Position numbers and translations under genes: made by a program. 64,000 bases of DNA from Squalus acanthias (lineage: Eukaryota): contig CM059432.1 in NCBI GenBank assembly GCA_030390025.1, positions 147,500,001 to 147,564,000 on the forward strand, in the 5' to 3' direction. The notes below the pieces were generated by a model. That model was not told the origin of the DNA. It ran no database searches and saw nothing but the letters and a program-made list of their open reading frames with translations. This document shows, in pieces, positions 51,648 to 62,892 of the stretch. Position 1 is the first letter of the stretch, and each line of letters begins with the position of its first letter.

Positions 51648-51767
51648 TACCCATGTAAACCTGTCACACTGTAACTACACCCTCCTCAACGTGAAGGCAG
51701 TGTAGTGTTACCACTGGTGAGAGGGTGTAAGTACAGCGTGACAAGTTATATAGGCAGTTAACATTAT

Positions 51768-52660
51768 GGGGGATAAATTCAGTTGGTTGCGCCTCCCGTT
51801 AGCGCCTTAAGAGGGCGCTAATGGGGCGCAAAGCATCTAGCGCCCAGGCGTGGCGAAGTTTGCGGCGCTCGCGAAATTAACTAGACATTTTGCGGCGGCG
51901 CTAAACACTACCGCCACGATCTCCTGCGCCGCCAGATCATGACGTCACTCGAGTGCGCAACGCCCCGGTATCGCCCCGGAGCGGATATTGAGTGGTGCCC
52001 CCTGCCTTACCGCCTGACGCTAGCAACGACAGGTTGAGGGGAGCATTCTGCAGTCATGAAGGGAAAGGGGGAGCGCTATTTAAAGGTGACCGCTTCCTGC
52101 CTTTTATTGTTGGTGCCATTTTTGAACTACGCATTCTGAGAGAGAGAGGGAGAGACTTCTGGAGAGATTTAACGTTGTGTGAAGGAGTTTTGGGTACTGA
52201 GCAGCACTTTGCAGGTTCATTTTGATTTGCCATTCCTTGTATCGATTTAGCAGAGACTGTGGGGGCTGCACTCTGAGCTCTTTGCCTGGTACTCTCCATT
52301 GTTCTTTCCAGCACATTTGTTGTGCAGGTCTCTCCAGGCCGAGATTCAAGGCTGCAATGAGCAGGATGTGGATGGAAAGCAAGATTAACCATCCCCTTTA
52401 AGAACTGGCCCGTGCCATTGTGTGTGTGTTCCATTGCTGACTGACATTACATGAGCTTCGCCAGCGCTCTGAGGTAGCGCCTCACTCCTTGGCCTTTGCG
52501 CCTTAAGACAGGTGTGAAGCGCCTGATTTAGCGCTGCAATCATCTCCAGGGGCGATAAAAGTCAAGTTTGCAGTCGGTGGCGATAATTAGCGCCAGGCGC
52601 TAATCTTTGCGCCCGGCCGATAATTGCGCCCCAAATAGGGCGATACTGAATTTCTCCCCC
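51768..52660. mobile_element. Harbinger-type MITE, CpG-rich
   Basis: TIR GGGGGA(T/G)AAATTCAGT, TSD TAT. Confidence 0.9.
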
Positions 52661-52826
52661 TATAAGTGTTGACATAGGAATTGGTAAGGGAAATATAAAA
52701 GGAAAGACTTTCAAATGAGGACTGAATTCCCTGTGTGTGCCCTGGTCCAATTATCCCTGCCCCCTTTATCTCTGCTTCAGGCTTAAGACTGCACTTACTC
52801 TGAACTAACCCTGTGTATTGTCACAG

Positions 52827-52861
52827 GCGACCAAGAGTACTTACTAAGATTTACATCCAAT
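52827..52861 (+). CDS. Candidate 35-nt exon (xDQEYLLRFTSN)
   Basis: Branch point CTAAC 52805-52809, acceptor tgtcacAG, donor GTAAGT. Confidence 0.45.
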
Positions 52862-52980
52862 GTAAGTTATTACAGCACTTAGCTCTATCTGAGTAGTGTG
52901 TAAAGTGAATAACCAGAAGCCGGCTGTGCTGGGTTCCACATGGAGCTCACCATTATAACATTAAGTTTGCATTTATTTTT

Positions 52981-53702
52981 GGTTTTGTCACTTTACACGA
53001 TTTTGCTGAACTCTGGTGATTAAGGATTAGTGCAATCGCTTGAGTCAGGACTTGGGGCGTTTAAAATTAAGTGATGGCGGGTTTATCGGAGTTCACACAA
53101 CATAAAGAAAAGTGGAGTCAATCCGGGCAGTCTGGCCCCAGCAATCAGGTTCCTTTGTCCCTTGTGAGATGTCCTGTCCTGTTCCATTAATTACTTTGAT
53201 CACTTAACAGAAGCTATCAATATTTCTCCATGAATCTGTAACGAAGGAAGATATTAGTGATTTAGATTTATTTTAGCGTTTTAAATAAAACACAATATAC
53301 ACACCCGTGAATTTCCACTGTCCGCCGAGAAATCAACTCAATCATTATTTCTGGTTTAATCAAGGGGTCCACAAATAGGAGTCAATGTCTGTCACCATGG
53401 TAGTCTGGCCAGCAAAAATAAAAAAGAAAGAAAATAGACTACTGAATGGAGAAAATAGATCTTAAACCGGTATCTCGAGGTATTGAAGAGGTTAGATGAG
53501 GAAGCTGGTAGGCTACTTTCCTGCAGTCCAGCAGCTCCACATCAGCTTCGGTTTTGTCACTTTACACGATTTTGCTGAACTCTGGCGATTAAGGATTAGT
53601 ACAATCGCTTGAGTCAGAACTTGGGAAGTTTAAAATGAAGTGATAGCGGGTTTATCGGAGTTCGCACAATATAAGGAAAAGTGGAGTCAATCCGGGAAGT
53701 CT
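52981..53702. repeat. 153-bp direct repeat pair (52981-53133 and 53550-53702)
   Basis: Ungapped manual alignment with about 11 mismatches. Confidence 0.92.
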
Positions 53703-53786
53703 AAGAAGAAGATCAGCTCCCAGGCTGGACCTAACTTGTAAACCCCTTTTCAATCAATGGAGCTGATCCAACATTCTCCCTATCAG

Positions 53787-53835
53787 GGAGGCCGAGTCGT
53801 CAGCAGAAGCCCTGATCTGACTCGTTTCCATGGAG
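53787..53835 (+). CDS. Candidate exon (GGRVVSRSPDLTRFHG)
   Basis: Acceptor ttctccctatcAG, weaker donor GAG|GTACAT; phase fits 52827-52861. Confidence 0.25.
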
Positions 53836-54633
53836 GTACATTTGTGACGTTTTGTTTGACAGATATTTTTCTGACAGCATTTTTTTAGAACATCAAATGA
53901 GGAAGTATCTTAAGTACAGAAATGCTTTCCTTTTTGGTCTTCCCTTCCATTTTAAGAAACTGTTACAGCTTAACACTCGTACAGGAATAAGTTACAACCT
54001 ACCATGTGAGGGTTCTTCAGTGCTTAATACTTTCAGTCGGTTCAGGACTTGGCGATCGGAGCTGTTTAAATGATTGTTTAATCTGGAACAGAGATTTTGC
54101 AATCATTGCATAGTCAGAAATGTTCAAAAATGATTAAGAAAATTCAAACAAAGAGTGAATTTCAGTGGAAGTCTGTGAGACTGTTTCTTGTGTAGTGCTG
54201 TGCGTCCTGTCACTCTGCTTTGCATTGCATTACTGTTCATTGTATTTTTCTGCACTGTTACTGTTCATTGTATTGCTCTGTTCTGCAAGACCAACATATT
54301 CCTCCTGAGGGCGGTGCCCAGAGCTGAACGCAGTTCTCCAGTTGGGGTCTGAGCAAGTCTCTTTATAACTGAAGCATAACTTCCTCCCCTTTGTATTCCA
54401 GACCCCCTTGAGATAAAGGCCAAACATTCCAATAACCTCTTTGATTGCTTCCTGTACCTGTCCACTTGCTTTTAGTGACTTGTATACATGGGCACCCAGG
54501 TCTCTTTGCTCCACCACAGTACCTTGTCTCTCACCATTTAGAACATGATGCGGAGATGCCGGTGTTGGACTGGGGTGGACAAAAATGAGAAGTCGCACAA
54601 CACCAGGTTATAGTCCAACAGTTTTATTTGAAA

Positions 54634-54670
54634 TCACGAGCTTTCGGAGCGCTGCTCCTTCGTCAGGTAA
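54634..54670 (-). ncRNA. Minimal hammerhead motif (family B)
   Basis: uuac-CUGACGA-a-ggagc/agc/gcucc-GAAA-GCUC-guga. Confidence 0.82.
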
Positions 54671-55101
54671 AGTGAAGGAATACAAATTAGCAAAGCATAT
54701 ATAGACAGAGAACAATGTGTAGCGTACAATGTCAGACGACTACAGTAAATCTTACTGACTGCCGGGATCTTGGTTTCATGTCACGCTACATGACGTAGAG
54801 TCATCCAGACTCAAGTCGTCGTTGGCTTGTTCACAGATGTGATTTCCAGTTTTAAAAAAAAGTAAAAAGCTTAACCATACAGACTGCAGCATTTGACACG
54901 TTGGACCCCCTGTGACCCCACCTCATTGTCTTAGCTGTATTTTGCTGTGTCTTTGATGTAATGCCTTCCTGACTGGCCTGATTGTATCTCTGCCGAGGTG
55001 TGATGGAGAGCAGTCAGAAGGATTTACTGTAGTCGTCTGACATTGTACGCTACACATTGTTCTCTGTCTATATATGCTTTGCTGATTTGTATTACTTCAC
55101 T

Positions 55102-55138
55102 TTACCTGATGAAGGAGCAGCGCTCCGAAAGCTCGTGA
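55102..55138 (+). ncRNA. Minimal hammerhead motif (family B)
   Basis: uuac-CUGAUGA-a-ggagc/agc/gcucc-GAAA-GCUC-guga. Confidence 0.82.
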
Positions 55139-57993
55139 TTTCAAATAAAACTGTTGGACTATAACCTGGTGTTGTGCGACTTCTCATTTTTGACCATTTA
55201 GATCGTGCTCCGATTTATCTTTATTAGAGCCAAAGTCTCACATTTCCCCACATTTAATTTAATTTGCCACAGTGTTGCCCACCTTTTTAAACTGTTTTCT
55301 AACTTCCTGCTTCCATAGACTGGGGGAAAAAAATGTAAAAGGCAAGGAGCGGGAGGAATTCCTGTAATGTATACAGGAGAACTTTTTTGATCAGTGTGTT
55401 TCCAGCCCAGTGAGGAAGCAGGCAGTGCTGAATCTAGTTCTGTGGAATGAAATGGGGCCAATGGAGCATGTTTCAATGGGAGAGCATTTTGAAAAACAGT
55501 GATTACAATATCACCAGGATTAGAGTAGATATTGAAAAGGACAAGGAGCAATCAAAGGTAAAGATACTCAACTGGTAGAGGGCTAATTTCAAAAAGTTGA
55601 AAATGTATCTGGTCCCTGGTGGAATGGAAACAAAGATTATTGGGTAAAACGGTAAATATTAACAATGGGAGGCCTCCAAGGAGGAGATGGTTCGAGTACA
55701 GATTCCTATGAGGGGCAAAGTAAGGGCATCCAAAGCTAGAGCTCCCTAGATGACTGGAGAAATTGGGATTAAAATGAAACAGAAAAAGGAAGCTTATGAT
55801 AAATGTCAGGTTCATAATACAGTAGAGAATCAAACTGAATACAGAAAGTGCAGAGGAGAACTGAAAAAGGGAATAAGTGGGGCAAAGAGAGTGTTGCATA
55901 CCCACTTAAACTATTTTGTAACTTCCTATTTCCATAAACTGGGGAAAAAAGTGTAAAAGGCAAGGAGCGGGAGGAATTCCTGTAATGCCATGGAAAGAGA
56001 GAGGGATCAAAGACAGAATCTATTTGGTTGGAGTTGAGAAACAATAAAGGAGGTATTATGCTACTTGGTGTATTTTATAGGCCACCAAATAGTGGGAAGC
56101 AGATCGAGGAACAGATTTGGAAAGAAATTACTGAGAGGTGCAAAAACTATAGAGTAGTGATAATGGGAGACTTTAACTACCCCAGTATTGCTTGTGTTAA
56201 GGGCAGAGAAGAGGAGGAATTTATGAAGTGTGTTCAGGAGAATTTTCTTGATCAGTATGTTTCCTGCCCAACGAGGAAAAAGGCATTGCTGGATCTAGCC
56301 CTGGGGAATGAAGTGGGTTAAGTGGAGAATGTCACAGTCCTGGAGCATCTCGGGAATAGTGATCATAGTATCATAAGGTTTAGATTAGTTATGGAGAAGG
56401 ACAAGGAGCAATCTGGAATAAAAATACTTAACTAGAGGAGGGCTAATTTCAGCAAATTGAGGAGGGAAATTGGAGTCAAAGACCGGCAGGCAAAAATGTA
56501 ATGGAGCAATGGGTGGCCTTTAAAGAGGAGTTGGTTTGGGTACAGTCTAGGTACATTCCCACAAGGGGGAAAGGGAGGGCAACCAAAGCCAGAGCTCCCT
56601 GGATGACGAAGGAGTTTGAGAGTAGGATGAAGCAGAAAAAGGAGGCGTATGACAGATGTCAGCTTGATAATACAAGGGAGAATCAAGCTGAATATAAAAA
56701 GTACAGAGGAGAAGTGAAAAAGCAAATAAGAGGGGCAAAGAGACAGTACGAGAATAGACTGGCAGCTAACATAAAAGGGAATCCAAAGATCCTCTTTAGG
56801 CATATTAACAGTAAAAGGGTTGTCAGAGGAGCAGTGAGGCCGATTAGGAACCAAAATGGTGATCTATTGGTGGAGACAGAAGACATGGTTGAGGTAGTAA
56901 ATGAATACTTTGCATCGGTGTTTACCGAGGAAGAGGACTTTGCCAAAACTATGGTAAATGAGGAGGTTGCTGGGATACTGGATGAGACAAAAATAGATAA
57001 AGAGGAAGTGCTAGACAGGCTGGTGGTAATTAAAGTGGATAAGTCACCCAGTCTGGATGGGATGTATCCTCGGTTGCTGAGGGAAGTAAGGGTAGAAATT
57101 GTGGAGGTGCTGGTCACAATCTTCCAATCCTCCTTAGATACTGGGGTGGTGCCAAAGGACTGGAGGATTGCAAATGTTACACCCTTGTTCAAAAAAGGAG
57201 AGAAGGATAAACATGGCAATTACAGGCCAGTCAGTTTAACGTCGGTGGTGGGGAAGCTTTTAGAAACAATAATCGGGGTAGAAAATTAACTGCCTGTTTG
57301 ATAAGCATGGACTAATAAAGGAGAGCCAGTGCGGATTTGCTAAGGGCAAATCGTGTTTGATTAACTTGATTGAGTTTTTTGATGAGGTAACAGAGAGGGT
57401 GGATGAGGGCAGTGCAGTTGATGTTGTGTATATGGACTTTCAAAAGGCATTTGATAAAGTACCACATACTAGGCTTGTTAGCAAAATTGAAGCCCATGGG
57501 ATAAAAGGGGCAGCAGCAACATGGATACAAAATTGTCTAAGGGATAGAAAACAGATGAATGACTATTTTTCAGACTGGAGGGAGGTATACAATGGAGTTC
57601 CCCAGGGTTCAGTACTAGGACCACTGCTGTTTTTGATGTACATTAATGACTTGGACTTGGGGGTACAGGGTACAATTTTGAAATTTGCAGATGACACGAA
57701 TCTTGGAAGTGTAGAAAACAGTGAGGAAGATAGTAATAGATTTCAAGAAGACACAGACAGGCTGGTGGAATAGGTGGTCACATGGCAGATGAAATTCAAC
57801 ACAGAAAAGTGTGAGGTGATACATTTGGTAGGAAGAATGAGGAGAGACAGTACACACTAAATGGTACAATATTAAAGGGGTGCAAGAACAGAGACATGGG
57901 GTATATGTGCAAAAATCATTGAAGGCGGCAGGGCAGGTTGAGAAAGCCTTTGATAAAGCATATGGGATCCTGGTCTTTATAAATAGAGACATA

Positions 57994-58870
57994 GGGGGAG
58001 AAATTCATTTTCACCCCGTTTGGGGGCAGTAACCTTTGAAAGCTGGAAAACTTAGCGCCAGGCGCAAATGATTCCCGGCTTTCGTGAAATTGGGTTTAAC
58101 GCTCCAGGAAGGAAGTGGAGAGCTAAATCAAGCATTCCAAGGCTCCTTCCCTCCCTTAAAGGGAAGGGCCATCGCTGCAGGCTCTGCATTGGGACCAGTT
58201 AGCTGGTCCCTGACAGCGGCCGCAGTCCGGCCCGATCAGCCCCATGCACTCCAGCAGAGTGCTGGCCCGATCAGCCCCATGCACTGCAGCAGAGCACCGG
58301 GCCCGATCAGCCCCATGCACTCCAGCAGAGCGCTGGCCCGATCAGCCCCATGCACTCCAGCAGAGCGCTGGCCCGATCAGCCCCATGCACTGCAGCAGAG
58401 CACCGGGCCCGATCAGCCCCATGCACTCCAGCAGAGCGCTGGCCCGATCAGCCCCATGCACTCCAGCAGAGAGCCGAGCCGATCGATCGCAGCCCAGGAG
58501 AAGGAACAAAAAATTGACAAAAATTATTTGAAAAATTTAGGGACTTAACCTCGGTAACCTCACCTTTAACTTCTCCCCACCAAAGCGCCCGACCTCCTGA
58601 TGAACGCCTCCTGTAGCTGCCGGTGTTTTCGCCCGGCGATGCTGCAGGGGGCGGAACTGAAGTTCGGGTCCGGGGCGCCACCGGGGCGATGACATCACGA
58701 TCTCCGGGCGAAGGAGATTGGGGCGCAACGCCATACCGCCGCCGCAAACCTCCTGCCGAATTTAGCGGGAGGCGATATTCTCGCCGCGCCCGGGTGGTAA
58801 GTGGTTAGTGCCCCGTTATCGCCCTCCAGAGGCGATAACGGGAAGCGCAAAGGTACCCAATTTCTCCCCC
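57994..58870. mobile_element. Harbinger-type MITE inserted in CR1
   Basis: 12-bp TIR GGGGGAGAAATT, TSD ATA; CR1 rejoins as AGAC-ATA-GAGTAC. Confidence 0.93.
58229..58471. repeat. 35/36-bp minisatellite, 7 copies
   Basis: GGCCCGATCAGCCCCATGCAC at 58229, 58264, 58300, 58335, 58370, 58406, 58441. Confidence 0.97.
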
Positions 58871-59444
58871 ATAGAGTACAAAAGCCATGAAGTGATGCTA
58901 AACCTGTATAAAACACTAGTTTGGCCCCAGCTGGAGTCTTTTGACCAATTCTGGGCACCACACTTTAGGAAGAACATGAAGGCTTTGAAGTGGTTACACA
59001 GGAGATTTGCTAGAATGGTTCCAGGAATGAGGGACTTCAGTTACGTGGATAGACTGGAGAAGCTGTGCTTGTTCTCCTTAGAGCAGAGAAGGCTAAGAGG
59101 AGATTTGATAGAGGTGTTTAAAATCATTTAGATAGAAGGCCGATAACGAGAGGGCACAGATTTAAGGTGATTGGCAAAAGAACCAGAGGCAACATGAGGA
59201 AAAACTTTTTTACGCAACGAGTGGTTCGGATTTGGAATGCGCTGCCTGATAGGGTGGTGGATACAGATTCAATATCAGCTTTCAAAAGGGAATTGGAAAA
59301 ATACTTGAAGGAGAAAAAAAATTGCAGGGATATGGGGAAAAAGTGGGAGAGTGGGACTCACTGGATTGCTCCTCGAAAGAGCCGGCGCAGACTCGATGGG
59401 CCGAATGGCCTCCTTCTCTGTTGTACTATTCTATGATTCTATCA

Positions 59445-60858
59445 TTGCAAGAAGAGATTATATGAGAAAAGATTATCGGTTAACATAAAGGGGAAATGAA
59501 AGTGTATTCTAAACATATAAAGAGTAAAAGAGTAGTCCAAGAAAGGGTGGGGCCAATTAGGGATCAAAAAGAAATCTTCTCGTGGTGGCAGAGGGCATGG
59601 CTGAGGTACGAAATGAGTTCTTGGCATCTATCTTCAATAATGAAGACGCTGCTATTGTCACAACATAGGAAGAGGGGTTAGAGAAATTGGATAAGATAGA
59701 GATAGATAAAGCGGAGGTACTTAAATGGCTCTCAGCGTTCAAAGTAGAAAAGTCACCCGGTCCAGATGAGATGCAGCCTAGGTTGCTGAGGAAAGTAAGG
59801 GTGGAAATGGTCATGGCTTTGCCCACAATCTTTCAATCCTCCTTGGATATGGGAGCAGTGCCAGAGGACTGGAGGGTTACAAATGTTACACCCCTGTTCA
59901 AGAAAGGGGAGAGAGATAAACTAGATAACTGCAGGCCAGTCAGCCTCATGTTGGGGCTGGGGAAACTTGTAGAGACCATAATCTGGGACAAAATTAATTG
60001 TCACTTGGAAGAACATGGGTTAAATGACAGCCAACATGGACTAAATAACAGAAAGGGTTGATGAAGGTATTGCATTGATATTTTGTATATGGACTTTCAG
60101 TAGGTGTTGAATAAAGTGCCATATAATAGTCTTGTTGGCAAGAATGAAGCTCGTGGAATGAAAGAGGCAGTGGCAGCATGGATACGAAATTAGCTAAGAG
60201 ACAGAAAGCTGAGAGTAGTGGTGAACGGTTGTTTAGCAGTCTGGAGGGAGGTATACAGTGCTGTTCCCCAGGGGGTCGGTATTAGGACCACTGCTCTTTT
60301 TGATATATATCAATTACCTGGACTTGTGTACAGGGGAGATAATTTCAAAGTTTGCAGATGTTACAAAGCTTGAAAATGTAGTAAACAGTGAGGAGGATGG
60401 CAGCAAACTTCAGGACATAGTCAGACTGAGGAAATGGGCAGACACAGGGCAGATGCAATTAACTGCAAGAGAAGTGTGAAGTGTTGAAGAATGAGGACAG
60501 ACAATATAAATTTAATGGTACAATTTTAAAGAGGGTGCAAGAACAGAGAGACCTGAGGGTTCACATAAACAACTCTCTGAAGGTGGCAGGACAATTTGAT
60601 GAATCTGTTAAAAAAGCATACGACAGCCTTGGTTTTCTAAATAGAGGAATAGAGTACAACAAGGAAGTTATAGTAATCCTTTATAAATCATTGTGGTTAG
60701 GCCTCAGCAAGATTATTGCGTCCAATTCCGAGCACCACACTTCAGGAAGTATGTTAAGGCCTTGGAGAGGGTCCAGAGGAGATTTACCAGAACAGCACCA
60801 GGAATGAGGAACTTCAGTTATGTAGAGAGATTAGAGAAGTTGGGATTGTTCTCCTCTC
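59445..60858 (+). mobile_element. Degenerate CR1 ORF2 fragment
   Basis: KSPGPDEMQPRLL, GSVLGPLLFLIYIN, KFAD. Confidence 0.85.
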
Positions 60859-60867
60859 AGATCTCTC

Positions 60868-61108
60868 ATCTCTGATCACTTCCTTGTATCCCTCTCCACT
60901 CACATCCTTCTTCCCCCTCCCAAACTCCCTTCCTCCTGCGTCCGCCCCCGGCAAAAACGCTCCACCGAGTCGCTTACAACAGAACTTTCAAAATGCCCAA
61001 CCGTCGAGCTGTTGGTCCTCCAGTCACCACACATCATTTCTGCAGCTACCAGTCTGCTCAATCGCACCTTTACCTCCTCCTTTGATGCCCATGTCCCCAT
61101 TAAAACCG
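60868..61108 (+). mobile_element. L2 ORF2 fragment
   Basis: SDHFLV and LNRTFTSSFDAHVPIKT resemble the L2 post-endonuclease region. Confidence 0.5.
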
Positions 61109-61574
61109 CCAGATTCGGGGGAGAAAAAGGCATCCGCCACCCTTCTGCCCCGCCGCCGGCGGGTCCTGCGGCGTCCACCATTTTCGGGTGGCCGGCAGCG
61201 CTGCCGGTGTCGGCGATCGCCACAATTATGTAGATGATGCAGATCGTGACATCAGTGAGTGCAACACTCACTGACGCCCGATTTGCGAGTTTCGCCTTCG
61301 CTGCTCCACTCACCGGCAGGCCTTAAGTGCGACGAGCTGAGCGAGCGTTGAGAAGCAGGAAGGAGACTCCTGCAGCGTTATTTAAAGGGATCATCAGCAA
61401 CTACTTGCAGCTGACATGGTTTCTGCAGTTTGACTGGCTCTGAGCAACTTTCTGAAACTCCAGCAGCTTTATTAAATTCTTTCAAGGTTCTAAGGTGACA
61501 GGGAGTGTTGTTGCAAGTGAAGAACGCCTTCATTCTCATTTAAAGACTTCTGCTCACACCACTTGCTCACAGTC

Positions 61575-62537
61575 GTGGGGGCTCGACTGGCAGTCCCCCT
61601 CTCGCTCGAGTATCTTCAGGAGAGGGAGCGGAGGCGGCGAAGAAGACAAGAAGATACGCGCAGAGGGAGGAGGAGGAGGGCCAGGGGGGCTCTCAACAGG
61701 AGGCCTTACCCACCTAGGGTCTGCCGAGAGCACTTCTCTTAACTCCACTTAAGCGAGGAGCAGTGTATCAGGGGGTTCCGCTTCACCAAGGAGGTGGTCA
61801 CAGAACTCTGCCACCTCCTGCAACCAGACCTGCAGCCTGAGAGCAGGGTGCGCGTGTGGCTTTGCCAGGATAGCGGGCTTCCCCATAGTGCAGGGCGCCA
61901 TCGACTGCACACACATGGCTTTGTGGGCGTCGTGCAACAATCCTGAGATCTTCCATAACCGCAAAGGCTACCATTCACTTAGTGTGCAGTTGATGCGTGA
62001 CCACGCCCAGCACTTCCTGATGGTCAATGCCCGCTAACCTGGCATCAGTCATGATGCCTTCATCCTGCGTCAGTCTAGTGTGCCAGCAATCATCCAGCCA
62101 CCACATGAAACTCTGAAACTCGAGGATGGCTGCTCGGAGACAAGGGCTATCCGCTCTGCACCTGGCTGATGACTCCCCTCCGCAACCCCACCACTCCTGC
62201 CCAGCACTCATATAATGAGAGCCATGCTTCCACGAGGAACATCAACGAGCAGACCATCAAGGCTGCAGAAGGAATAATTTTGTTGCCTTGAGGAGCCCTC
62301 CAGTGCAGGCCGGAGCAGGTGTCTCATTTCGCGGTGGTCTGCTGCATGCTTCACAGCTTGGCTATTATGAGGGCATAGCCCTTGCCACCAGGGATTGTGG
62401 GACCACCTCAAGAGGAGGAGGAGGAAGAGGAAGATGAGCAAGTGGAAGAGGAAGAGGAGGTAGGGTGGAGGCAGGCAGCCAATCCCTCTTCCAGACAGGC
62501 TGTCCATGAACATCTCATCAGACTCTGATTCCAGTGA
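61575..62537 (+). pseudogene. Harbinger transposase remnant
   Basis: Collinear with 19376-20514 with a deletion of about 200 bp near 61850; GAIDCTH, NRKGYHS. Confidence 0.9.
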
Positions 62538-62892
62538 ATGAAACCCCAGATCTCCGTTGCTCACCACATCCCCCATCATACCATCCCTCTGTCACGGAAC
62601 ATCACAGCGTCCTCCTGGGCACATAACTGAAATGAGAGCCACCACAAAAGATTCAGGGTGAGGATGTGGCATGGCCTCCTTATCTGATTTCCCAATTTCG
62701 GGTGGTACAGCAGAGGAAAATCAAGCCCCAGCACTCCAAGTGCAAGTCAGTATCCACTTTGAACAAAATTGTCAAATGGTCGCTCATCATTGGATTTAAA
62801 AGAAAACAAGTTGTTCGGTTCTACATTTATAATAAATTACTTAGAATTTCTTGAAATAAGTGCAGAATGACTATCCCCCAAAGGAAACTGAG

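Larger units (their letters stand above)
54543..55192 (+). mobile_element. PLE family B: 3' fragment preceded by an inverted terminus
   Basis: 183-bp inverted arms 54580-54762 and 55010-55192; spacer begins RDLGFMSRYMT* (PLE ORF end); TSD ACCATTTAGA; sits in a - strand CR1 fragment. Confidence 0.9.
55990..59442 (+). mobile_element. Long CR1 ORF2 (endonuclease and RT), disrupted
   Basis: GVFYRPP, MGDFNYP, PWMTKE, NYRPVSLTS, FADDT; TTCTATGA tail. Confidence 0.93.

Noticed and set aside
51768..52660. CpG-island promoter
   Set aside because: The CpG-rich tract coincides with a TIR- and TSD-bounded MITE; the same holds for 57994-58870
58084..58548. Repeat-rich protein ORFs or a CRISPR array
   Set aside because: The ORFs are read-through of a minisatellite inside a MITE, and there are no spacers
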